A stretch of DNA of 64,000 nt from a virus. Below, piece after piece: positions 49,739 through 58,446 of the stretch (the stretch's first letter is position 1; each line of letters opens with the position of its first letter). The notes under the pieces were generated by a model. It did no database searches. It had not been told where the DNA came from and saw only the letters and a program-made list of their open reading frames with translations. Where the stretch lies: IMG/VR virus record IMGVR_UViG_3300009079_000013; one strand, written 5' to 3'. The position numbers and the translations under genes were made by a program.

Positions 49739-49751
49739 ATTGTTAAAAATA

Positions 49752-49985
49752 TTATTTGTAAAAACAATTGTACACAGCTTTCCATTGCGTATCTGTTAAG
49801 TAACCTTTTCTTTTATATTGATCTTTAACTGATTTTAAAAATGCAAAATTCCCATTATAATGATGTAATCTTGATCTAATATCATTTAGGTTATCTAATA
49901 CAAATTGACTAAGCTTTGGTTCTCTATGCTCGTCTAATCGTATACTGAAGTTTTCTATGCTGTTTATGTGTTTCATAACGTTCAA
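49752..49985 (-). CDS. Hypothetical protein
   Basis: 77 aa; FLKSVKDQYKRKGYLTDTQW. Confidence 0.55.
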   Translation of the reverse strand: MNVMKHINSIENFSIRLDEHREPKLSQFVLDNLNDIRSRLHHYNGNFAFLKSVKDQYKRKGYLTDTQWKAVYNCFYK

Positions 49986-50004
49986 TATTATTTATATGAA
50001 AAAA

Positions 50005-50015
50005 TTAGTATAATA
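50005..50015 (+). promoter_or_regulatory. Putative promoter TTAGTATAATA
   Basis: Upstream of the sigma factor. Confidence 0.65.
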
Positions 50016-50035
50016 ATCTAAATTAATTATTTAAA

Positions 50036-50935
50036 ATGAGACAATTTAGAGTATCTAAAGAGATTTATACAGTAAGAAACAATACTATTAATTCATATTT
50101 AGAAGATGTTAGGGCTATTCCCGAAATATCAACAGAAGAGGAATACGAACTTGCATTAAAAGTAAAAGAAGGATGTAATCTTTCTAAAGAAAAACTGGTT
50201 AAATCTAATTTAAGGTTTGTGATAAGTGTAGCTAAAATGTATCAAAGGAGTAATTCTATTATATCATTAGAGGATTTAATAAATGAAGGAAACCTAGGCA
50301 TGATAGAGGCTGCTGAAAAATTTGATCCTTCGCTGGGATTTAAGTTTATTTCATTTGCGGTTTGGCATATCCGTAGAAGAATAAGAGAAAGTATATCTAA
50401 AAACTCAAGACAAATTAAATTACCAGAAAATCAAATACAATACGCAGCAAAAATAGGAAAGATACAAATTTCATATATACAAGAGTTTGATAGATTTCCA
50501 ACTCCTGAAGAAATACAAGATAAATTACTTGAATTAGATATTCCTGTTAAAATGACAATAGAATCTATTACTAAAATATTAAGTCAAGACACTATGACAG
50601 TTGGCTTAGAATCACCTTCTTCGGAAAGCAGCGATTATTCCCCAATTAACTACATAGAATCTAACGATAATATGGAAAGCATAAACAGTAGAGATTCAAG
50701 TATTGTTTTAAATGAATTGTTTAAACCTTTAAATAATATGGAAATACAGATAATATCAATGAGACTAGGACTCCCTCCGTATAACGAGATTTATTCAAAT
50801 AAACAAATAGCTGATCGTTTTGGATTAGCAGCTCAGGATAGTATTAGAAAAAAAGTAACTAAGATTCTTAGAAAGATAAAAACCGTTAGTCCTAAATTAA
50901 TTAATGAATTAAAAAACGAAAGACATGCCATATAA
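50036..50935 (+). CDS. Sigma70-family RNA polymerase sigma factor (RpoD/RpoS-like, Bacteroidetes type)
   Basis: SYLEDV (1.2), LVKSNLRFVISVAK (2.1), DLINEGNLG (2.2), KFDPSLGFKFISFAVWHIR (2.3-2.4), region-4 HTH. Confidence 0.9.
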   Translation: MRQFRVSKEIYTVRNNTINSYLEDVRAIPEISTEEEYELALKVKEGCNLSKEKLVKSNLRFVISVAKMYQRSNSIISLEDLINEGNLGMIEAAEKFDPSLGFKFISFAVWHIRRRIRESISKNSRQIKLPENQIQYAAKIGKIQISYIQEFDRFPTPEEIQDKLLELDIPVKMTIESITKILSQDTMTVGLESPSSESSDYSPINYIESNDNMESINSRDSSIVLNELFKPLNNMEIQIISMRLGLPPYNEIYSNKQIADRFGLAAQDSIRKKVTKILRKIKTVSPKLINELKNERHAI

Positions 50936-51293
50936 CAAAATTAGAGGTACAGAAGAAAAATATTATGGTTCATCATTAAATAAATTCATAGCTGAACGTT
51001 GTAGAAAGGATATGACAGTTATGAATATAGACTTAATAACATATGATAGAGATAAAAAACATATAAGAATAATAGAAAGTAAACATGAAAACGAAAGAAC
51101 TGGATATGGTCAAAGTGTGTTATTAAAATTATTATGTACATTGTTTAAGCAAATATCTGGATATAGAGTAACTGTCTTTATAATAAGAGGAAACCCTCCA
51201 TACGAGCATGCTTATCTTGAAAATGTGATAACGAGAGAAAAAACAAAAGTAGACCAACAATCTCTTATACGCTTTTTAAATTACCGTATTTAA
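50925..51293 (+). CDS. Putative PD-(D/E)xK nuclease-fold protein
   Basis: NIDLI...IIESK spacing. Confidence 0.45.
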   Translation: MPYNKIRGTEEKYYGSSLNKFIAERCRKDMTVMNIDLITYDRDKKHIRIIESKHENERTGYGQSVLLKLLCTLFKQISGYRVTVFIIRGNPPYEHAYLENVITREKTKVDQQSLIRFLNYRI

Positions 51294-51308
51294 ATAAATA
51301 ATATAGTA

Positions 51309-51626
51309 ATGGAAGATGATAAAAAGTGTTGCAAATTATGCGGAAAACGCATGGGTCTTACTGAAGACACAGATCATATATGGTGTGCAGAATGTACAAA
51401 TGGAATTGGATTAATTAGCTTTTTAAAAGATAAAATGCTACCTATCGATGAAAAAACTATATTAGATAACATAGATAGTTTTATAACAAGCGGTTCTATT
51501 GAAGATTTTTTATTCAATCCAACTAGCCTGGATAAATATATAGACTTAAACTACTCTTTAGAGCAATATGAAAAAATAAAAAGTAGATCTCAAACTATTC
51601 GTAAGAAGCTAAAAATAAAAAAATAA
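51309..51626 (+). CDS. Zn-finger-like hypothetical protein
   Basis: CKLC...CAEC. Confidence 0.5.
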   Translation: MEDDKKCCKLCGKRMGLTEDTDHIWCAECTNGIGLISFLKDKMLPIDEKTILDNIDSFITSGSIEDFLFNPTSLDKYIDLNYSLEQYEKIKSRSQTIRKKLKIKK

Positions 51627-51635
51627 TTTTACATT

Positions 51636-52136
51636 TTGAAAAGAAACACTCAAAAAAGATTAATCGTAAACAAATATGTAAATCGTTACATAGCACCTGA
51701 ACTAAGAGGCACTGTTGCCGCCGCTAATGGTAATATGTGGGTAAAAATAGATGATAATAATTTTCCAGATGGAAGTTATTTTAGTAGAAAAATCTCTAAA
51801 AAACTAAAGATTGATACCGTACAATACCGTATACTTAAACGTATATGGGAATCCGGAAACACAGGTTTGACTTTTACCGACATACAGATGTTTATATTAG
51901 GAGGAGAGGATCAACTTCAAAAAGGGCCTTCTAATCTTCCTCGTGTAGATGATCAACAATGGGATCACGATAATGGAGGGTTTACAGGTAGAGTACATAA
52001 AGTAAGAGCTAGTCGAGGTCACTATTCAACATGGTTAAGTTACACTATGCCAGCTTTTTGTACAAAAGGAGATGACGGTAGATGGAGACTCACACAAAAA
52101 GACCTACTAGTTCACTTTAAGAACAGATTCGAATAA
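51636..52136 (+). CDS. Hypothetical protein
   Basis: 166 aa, TTG start uncertain. Confidence 0.5.
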   Translation: MKRNTQKRLIVNKYVNRYIAPELRGTVAAANGNMWVKIDDNNFPDGSYFSRKISKKLKIDTVQYRILKRIWESGNTGLTFTDIQMFILGGEDQLQKGPSNLPRVDDQQWDHDNGGFTGRVHKVRASRGHYSTWLSYTMPAFCTKGDDGRWRLTQKDLLVHFKNRFE

Positions 52137-52163
52137 ACTTTTAATATTAAAATTAGTATAATA
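52135..52163 (+). promoter_or_regulatory. Putative promoter AAAC-N17-GTATAA containing TTAGTATAATA
   Basis: Combines both recurrent motifs. Confidence 0.6.
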
Positions 52164-52184
52164 TTAAAGACTTAAACATAAACT

Positions 52185-52604
52185 ATGACTTCAAAAGCTA
52201 CACAGACCGTAAATGTATTTAATTATTATGAAAATAAGTTTAATAGAAAATTTACTTTAAAAGTTCCTAATGATATGATTATTCATCATTATGTACTGAT
52301 TGTAATCGCATCTATATTTGAAGTATACTATAATTCTCGTTTTATAATTCCATTAGCAGTTATGACTTTTACGCAATTTTTGACAATACGATCTTTATTT
52401 AAGTCTAGGGTAATATCAAGATGTATTATCTTAGAAATGGATAATCAAGGCAACATATCCAATGAAGAAAAAGAAGATATATTTAAAATATGTTGTGATG
52501 AAACAAATGATATAGGATTTCTATATACTAGAGGTGCTCTTATTGCTAAGTCTTTAGTTTTAATGTTCTTAATACATTACGCAACCATAGGTCTAAGTAT
52601 ATAA
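52185..52604 (+). CDS. Hypothetical membrane protein
   Basis: About three hydrophobic segments. Confidence 0.55.
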   Translation: MTSKATQTVNVFNYYENKFNRKFTLKVPNDMIIHHYVLIVIASIFEVYYNSRFIIPLAVMTFTQFLTIRSLFKSRVISRCIILEMDNQGNISNEEKEDIFKICCDETNDIGFLYTRGALIAKSLVLMFLIHYATIGLSI

Positions 52605-53458
52605 TCAGATATTTTCATTTCACGTTGTCTGAGCCATTTAGCATAAGCATCGTACATTCTACTTTTACTTAATCCTGGGTAATCTTTTGATAATAAACTG
52701 AATATAATTTTACTATACATGTTAGGAGATACTTGTTTAGCCTGAAAGGCTTTTACTAATTCATGTATAGCCACTCCTATTTTTTCATTCTCTTTCTTAA
52801 TGTCTGATCTTCGTTGCGCTGACTTTTCTGAAGCAACTGATTTTCTAGAATCAGCGGCATCTCTATTTTTAGTGTAACTTATATCCTGTATAGATGATGA
52901 TGCTATATTTGCTATACTAACGTCATTCATTTCAGAAAGAGCTGAATACGCTGTTATTAATTTTTGACTTAGAGACTGTGAAGAGGTTTCACCTACTCCA
53001 TCTATTAAATTTTCAAACTTCTTTAATGTATAACTAAGTGTTCGGTCAGAATCCATTCCTATTGCATCGGCGAGAGCAGGTACTGTTATATTAAAAGTTC
53101 CATCTGTTTCATCAGTGTATCCAAAAGCCTGTATTCCATCTATCATTTTTACGTAATCTGCTCCTACTTCTTCACACCTTCCTTTTGCTAATAAATATAT
53201 AGCAGCCATTTGAGGTTTTGTCATTATTTGTAGTCCTCTTGAATAAGCTCGCATTTCACCTGAAGAATATTCTACGTCTGTGTCTTCCCACGATTCACCT
53301 TCTTCATTGCTAAAATCAATGTCTTCGTTTAACCTACATCCTGATATAAAATCTAAGGATATTCCTCTGTTTAATAAATCATTCATTGTAGATTCATAGA
53401 TAGCTTCGAGTATGCTATCATTTTCAAAATTTTCAAATATTTTAATGTATGTTTTCAT
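52577..53458 (-). CDS. Hypothetical protein with CTS-like leader
   Basis: MKTYIKIFENFE. Confidence 0.6.
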   Translation of the reverse strand: MKTYIKIFENFENDSILEAIYESTMNDLLNRGISLDFISGCRLNEDIDFSNEEGESWEDTDVEYSSGEMRAYSRGLQIMTKPQMAAIYLLAKGRCEEVGADYVKMIDGIQAFGYTDETDGTFNITVPALADAIGMDSDRTLSYTLKKFENLIDGVGETSSQSLSQKLITAYSALSEMNDVSIANIASSSIQDISYTKNRDAADSRKSVASEKSAQRRSDIKKENEKIGVAIHELVKAFQAKQVSPNMYSKIIFSLLSKDYPGLSKSRMYDAYAKWLRQREMKISDYILRPMVA

Positions 53459-53470
53459 GGCTTTATTTTT

Positions 53471-53875
53471 TTAAAAATCTATTTCCCAGTCGTCTTCGCT
53501 TGATTCGAAATCTTCTAATTCAGATTCACTGTCGTCTGTTGGGATATCCTTATCAAATTCGCTATCTATTGCTCCTGTATCTGATACATAGTTTATTTCT
53601 TGCATATCTAGTTTTTCATGATATTTGTCGTACCATTTTTCTAAAACATTATAAAAGGATTTTATAAAAGCAGGATCTCCCATTTTTTCTTTCAGGTCTC
53701 CCATGTTTTCTTTTATAAAATATTTTATTTCTTCAGTTGCTTCAATGGCATCCATATCAGAAGAGACAACTTCTCTTACTTTTTTATCTAAAAGAGCTAT
53801 AGTATTATCTGTAGTTAAAGAATTATCGTTTTCTAAAACTAAAAATGATTTATATGACACTATATGTTTTCCCAT
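53471..53875 (-). CDS. Acidic hypothetical protein with CTS-like leader
   Basis: MGKHIVSYKSFLVLE; TATAAATA upstream on the minus strand. Confidence 0.55.
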   Translation of the reverse strand: MGKHIVSYKSFLVLENDNSLTTDNTIALLDKKVREVVSSDMDAIEATEEIKYFIKENMGDLKEKMGDPAFIKSFYNVLEKWYDKYHEKLDMQEINYVSDTGAIDSEFDKDIPTDDSESELEDFESSEDDWEIDF

Positions 53876-53948
53876 AATAAACTTAAATCTTTTTATTATT
53901 TATAAGAGAACTTAGTTTAATAAAATGGTTTAATACTTTAAATAAATT

Positions 53949-53959
53949 TTAGTATAATA
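53949..53959 (+). promoter_or_regulatory. Putative promoter TTAGTATAATA
   Basis: Upstream of the exonuclease-thyA unit. Confidence 0.65.
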
Positions 53960-53977
53960 ATTAAAAATTACAGATAT

Positions 53978-54697
53978 ATGTTTACAAAAAACGAAATTAC
54001 AAAAATGATTTTCTTTGATGTTGAAACGGCTACTACGTTTAAAGACCATAGTGAATTATCAGAAAGAATGAAAAAGCTATGGTCAAAGAGATGCGAATGG
54101 CTTAGAAAAAATTACGAAGACAACGAAGGTAAAACCGATAGCGAACTTTATAGTTACAAAGGCGCTCTTCATCCTGAATTTAATAAAGTACTTTGCGTAT
54201 CCTTTGGTAGAGTTGAAATAGATTCAACGGGGGAAGTAACTAGTAATGTTCATACATGCAGTGGCCATGATGAAAAGGAAGTATTACAAAATACATTAAA
54301 GGTATTTGAAAAATTTTACACGAGTGGATTTAAATTTGTTGGACATAACATAAAAGGTTTTGATATTCCTGTTATTTTAAAAAGAGCTATTATAAATGGG
54401 ATAAGTATACCTAGTTTCTTGCATTTGCATAATCTTAAACCTTGGGAAATGCCTTTTGTAGATACATCTGACGTTTGGAATTTCGGAGCATGGGGAGGAA
54501 CAAAAGTTTCATTAGACCTAATGTCAGCTAGCTTAAACGTGCCTACTCCTAAAGATGCAATGGATGGTAGCATGGTATCAGGAGCATACTGGTTCGAAGA
54601 CAAGCTGGATGATATCGTAACATATTGTGAAAAAGATGTAGTTGCAACTGCAAACGTTGTTCTAAGATTAGGGAATCATAACATAATTGAAATATAA
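53978..54697 (+). CDS. Stand-alone PolB-related 3'-5' exonuclease (DEDDy)
   Basis: FDVET (ExoI), GHNIKGFDIP (ExoII), YCEKDV (ExoIII). Confidence 0.88.
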   Translation: MFTKNEITKMIFFDVETATTFKDHSELSERMKKLWSKRCEWLRKNYEDNEGKTDSELYSYKGALHPEFNKVLCVSFGRVEIDSTGEVTSNVHTCSGHDEKEVLQNTLKVFEKFYTSGFKFVGHNIKGFDIPVILKRAIINGISIPSFLHLHNLKPWEMPFVDTSDVWNFGAWGGTKVSLDLMSASLNVPTPKDAMDGSMVSGAYWFEDKLDDIVTYCEKDVVATANVVLRLGNHNIIEI

Positions 54698-54698
54698 A

Positions 54699-54887
54699 AT
54701 GACAAAAGAAAACCTAATTGCAATCATAGAAAATAGGAATAGCTGGACTTTGGCTAAGCATAGAAGTGCTTTAATGCTCTTAGATAACTTTAAAGATAAT
54801 AAGGTTATTGAATACCTATGGTATAAATTTAAATCCACAGGGGATTATTATTATGCATCTATAGTCAAATCTTATAAAGTAAAATGA
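54699..54887 (+). CDS. Hypothetical protein
   Basis: Short ORF between exonuclease and thyA; ATG at 54699. Confidence 0.45.
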   Translation: MTKENLIAIIENRNSWTLAKHRSALMLLDNFKDNKVIEYLWYKFKSTGDYYYASIVKSYKVK

Positions 54888-55990
54888 ATATAGAACATCA
54901 ATATCTAATTCTACTTAAGGATATCCTAGACAGTGGATTAGAAAAAGAAGACCGTACTGGTACAGGTACTATCTCCATGTTTGGTAGACAAATCAGACAC
55001 AAAATGAATCAAGGATTTCCTCTACTAACAACCAAGAAAATGTATTGGAAAGGAATTGTAATAGAATTGTTATGGTTCTTACGTGGTGATACAAACATTA
55101 AATATTTAGTCGATAATGGTTGTAATATCTGGAATGGAGACTGTTATAAGAAATATTGTAAAATAGCAGGGGCTATGGAGGAACCTGATTATGATATTCA
55201 TGTTGATGATCCAGGTCAAAATTGTACCAGACTCATGACTCAACAAGAGTTTATTGAACAAATCAAAACCAATGATGAGTTTGCTCGAAAATGGGGTGAT
55301 TTAGGTCCAGTGTATGGTAAACAATGGGTTGAGTGGGAATGTCCACCTATGACACCCGATGAAGTTGATTATCCAAGAACAGTCAATCAAATTCAAAACC
55401 TAATAGAACAACTCAAAACAAATCCAGACTCAAGACGACTAATGGTTAACGCTTGGAATGTTGGCGAATTGGACCAAATGACACTTCCACCTTGTCACTA
55501 CGGATTCCAATGTTATACTACAGAGATGAGTTTTAAAGAACGAATTGAATATTGGACATCCTCTATAGGTAAGAGTCCATCTTATGGGAAGCAGTTTAAT
55601 GATAGCGATTTAGATGAACGCAATGTTCCTAAACGAAAGTTATCTCTAATGTGGAGTCAACGTTCAGTAGATACTTTCTTAGGTTTACCATTCAACATAG
55701 CATCCTATGGTTTACTACTTGAAATCATCGCTAAAGAAGTTAATATGGTTCCTGATGAATTGATTGGTAATTTAGGTGATGTTCATTTGTATAAGAATCA
55801 CATTGAACAGGCGAAGGAACAACTAACTAGAGAACCTAAAAGACTACCGAAGGTATTAATTAATAATGGTGAAGTTGATAACAACGGTGTACCATTCACT
55901 AAAAGCGTGTTGGATGGGTATGATATAACCGATTTTGAATTAGTTGATTATCAATCACATCCATCTATTAAAGCATCACTTAGCAATTAG
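54884..55990 (+). CDS. thyA: Thymidylate synthase
   Basis: DRTGTGT, FPLLTTKK, ELLWF, LGPVYGKQW, PDSRR, LPPCH, QRSVD, GLPFN, HLYKNH. Confidence 0.96.
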   Translation: MNIEHQYLILLKDILDSGLEKEDRTGTGTISMFGRQIRHKMNQGFPLLTTKKMYWKGIVIELLWFLRGDTNIKYLVDNGCNIWNGDCYKKYCKIAGAMEEPDYDIHVDDPGQNCTRLMTQQEFIEQIKTNDEFARKWGDLGPVYGKQWVEWECPPMTPDEVDYPRTVNQIQNLIEQLKTNPDSRRLMVNAWNVGELDQMTLPPCHYGFQCYTTEMSFKERIEYWTSSIGKSPSYGKQFNDSDLDERNVPKRKLSLMWSQRSVDTFLGLPFNIASYGLLLEIIAKEVNMVPDELIGNLGDVHLYKNHIEQAKEQLTREPKRLPKVLINNGEVDNNGVPFTKSVLDGYDITDFELVDYQSHPSIKASLSN

Positions 55991-56787
55991 GTGTTTTTAA
56001 CAGAATTAGGAATAGAAGTTGCAGCTGTATTCTTTTTGTTATAGAATTCTGTTTTTCCAGCATATCTCCAATAAAAACAATTATTAAACCCTTTAGGTTT
56101 TCTTTCAGCAATACCTGCTGCTCCTTTAGATGAAGGAGTAGCGGCTAAAAATTCTGTTCTACTTCCTACATGTTTACTAGCTGCACTACGGAGTGAACTT
56201 GATTTTTGAGCAGATATAGCGTCATTAATTTGAACAGTAGATTCTTCTAAACTTCTTCCTTTAGATTTACGATATACTTCAATAGCCTCGTCTTTATTAT
56301 TAATACTATTCCATTTTGCGCCTTTAGCTTTACCATCTTTTACAGGTTGATATTGTCCAGGTGAAAGTATTACTTTTTGCAATGTTTTTCCATAAGGTTT
56401 TCCAGGAGTGTTATATCTGTTGTATATAGCTTGAGCTACATCTGCCATTGCTTGTTTTGAACCGCTATAATTTTTAGTGGTATAGTTTTCACAAGCCATT
56501 ATAACAATTAAAGTCCAATAGTCGGTATTGCCTTGAAGTTTATCTGTTTTTGCTTTAGACAAGTTTTTTTTATATTGAGCATTTAGATTTTGTATAGAAC
56601 TAGCGTTTTCTACAGTATGCCAATATTTTTCCCCTGACTTTAGTTGATACTGCCAATTAGGTGTTTTATCTTTATTTAAGCCCGATCTTCGATATACATA
56701 TTTTGGTTTAGAAGATATGTAATATTTAGTATACTCGTCTTTATTTTCAAATAAGCGGTTCCAATTATTATAATTTTTTATGTACAT
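55987..56787 (-). CDS. SleB/Hydrolase_2-like cell-wall hydrolase
   Basis: IMACE...AMADVAQAIYNR...VILSPGQYQPV; CTS-like leader. Confidence 0.7.
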   Translation of the reverse strand: MYIKNYNNWNRLFENKDEYTKYYISSKPKYVYRRSGLNKDKTPNWQYQLKSGEKYWHTVENASSIQNLNAQYKKNLSKAKTDKLQGNTDYWTLIVIMACENYTTKNYSGSKQAMADVAQAIYNRYNTPGKPYGKTLQKVILSPGQYQPVKDGKAKGAKWNSINNKDEAIEVYRKSKGRSLEESTVQINDAISAQKSSSLRSAASKHVGSRTEFLAATPSSKGAAGIAERKPKGFNNCFYWRYAGKTEFYNKKNTAATSIPNSVKNT

Positions 56788-56864
56788 TTTTAATGATATA
56801 TTTCTATATTTATTTATACTGGCTTTTTTTCTTAAATAAATAATATTAGCAAAATAATATTGAT

Positions 56865-57359
56865 ATGGCAGAAATAGCTAGACTTTATCCAAAAATAGAT
56901 TTTTCAAAAATCAAGTTTTCTAGAATTCCTAAAAATGGTTTTTTAATAGGTTTTAATTCTAATAATAACAATAGACTATCTAAAATAGACAGGTCTGGTA
57001 CTATTACCGTGATAGAATCATTCGAAAGTAAGTCTGATTCTTCTGGTTCTAATTTTAAATTTTTTGCACAGACGGACGTTCCAAGCGTAGAAAATGATAC
57101 TGAGTTGCATCATGGTAACATATGGTACGATACAGTTAACGCTATGCCTTATATTTACACTAAAATAGATGTAGATCATTTCGTATGGCTATCGCTTCAG
57201 TCTAATGAAACTGAATCTTCTTTTGAAAGCTTATCTAAAAGTCAAATACTTAGCATAGATCATCCGATAGATGGTGAACTTATATATAATAATACAGATC
57301 AGGAGTATGTATTCTACAATGGAAGATCTTGGAAAAAAATAATTACTGAAGACTTATAA
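56865..57359 (+). CDS. Putative tail/fibre-associated protein
   Basis: GNIWYDT and GELIYNNT..YVFYNGRSW fibre-type motifs. Confidence 0.5.
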   Translation: MAEIARLYPKIDFSKIKFSRIPKNGFLIGFNSNNNNRLSKIDRSGTITVIESFESKSDSSGSNFKFFAQTDVPSVENDTELHHGNIWYDTVNAMPYIYTKIDVDHFVWLSLQSNETESSFESLSKSQILSIDHPIDGELIYNNTDQEYVFYNGRSWKKIITEDL

Positions 57360-57360
57360 T

Positions 57361-57987
57361 ATGGATTTAACTTTATTTCCAAAAAATCCAAGTGTTGGCG
57401 AAATAGTAAGAGTAGACGGCAACTCATCAAGGTCTTATAGATGGGATGGCATCACGTGGACAGCTTTAAAAAAACCATACGTAGATAGGAAACCCGATGA
57501 TTATAACCCTAATCAAGGTAGAATGGGTCTTCATAAAAAAATGTCAAAGGACATATTAAATGAGAAGCCGGTTATAGATTATTCAACTTCTGCTAATATG
57601 GCTAAACTTCAAAATTCTATAGTACGAGGAACTGAATCTATATACATGAACGGTCAACTATTATCTGCAGATGACTATAGCATAATTGAAAAAACTATTT
57701 ATTTTAATTTTGAGATATCTGAAGATTCTTCTTTAATATGTGATTATTCTACATTAACACATGTTGAAGTATTTAATGAAATACCGGTGGGTGAAATGGA
57801 CGGTGTGAATCTAACATTTACATTATTTTCAACACCTGTGCAAAACACTGAGTCGATCTATTTTAATGGTGTAAGATTATATGAAGGAAATGATAAAGAT
57901 TACATAATAATTAATAATATTTTGCAATTATTTTTAGCCCCAACTGAAAAAAGTAGCATAAAAATAGACTATCATGCTGCAATTTAA
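57361..57987 (+). CDS. Putative virion structural protein with two beta-sandwich repeats
   Basis: FPKNPSVG..YRWDGITW; two ESIY[MF]NG..L...DY repeats. Confidence 0.55.
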   Translation: MDLTLFPKNPSVGEIVRVDGNSSRSYRWDGITWTALKKPYVDRKPDDYNPNQGRMGLHKKMSKDILNEKPVIDYSTSANMAKLQNSIVRGTESIYMNGQLLSADDYSIIEKTIYFNFEISEDSSLICDYSTLTHVEVFNEIPVGEMDGVNLTFTLFSTPVQNTESIYFNGVRLYEGNDKDYIIINNILQLFLAPTEKSSIKIDYHAAI

Positions 57988-58080
57988 AAAAACATTAAAA
58001 TAATACATTTTTTTAATAAAACAGCCCCTAGAGCGCATATAAATAAACTAGAATAAAGCAAAAACAATTATAATTATACA

Positions 58081-58332
58081 ATGGAGAACACTGAAAACAA
58101 TAAAGATTTAGATTTATACACGACAACCGATTTATATTTGTCAGCGTATCTTATAGTAAAAGGTCACAAGTTTTCAACAGAAAAAAAGGGTAGAAAATCC
58201 TTCTTTTCATTCAACAAGACCCCTAATTTAGATGAGCATGTAAATGAGTATTTGATGGGTGGAGGTTCAACAGAACCACTGCAGTACGCTAATTCCATCA
58301 AGAACTTAAAAAACTTGCTATTTAATAGATAA
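58081..58332 (+). CDS. Small hypothetical protein (DUF5659-like)
   Basis: YTTTDLYLSAYL...FSF...Y..SIKNLK. Confidence 0.45.
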   Translation: MENTENNKDLDLYTTTDLYLSAYLIVKGHKFSTEKKGRKSFFSFNKTPNLDEHVNEYLMGGGSTEPLQYANSIKNLKNLLFNR

Positions 58333-58446
58333 TAACATTTAGGGATTATTTTCTAATATTTTTTATTTACATATTTTTCAAATTAATTTTTGAAGATAGA
58401 TTGCACGCATTTTAGGTTTACGTACGCTAAAAAAAACCATAATAAA

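Noticed and set aside
58390-58446. TTG start for the fibre gene
   Set aside because: ATG at 58447 has the A-rich leader and MA start typical of this genome.
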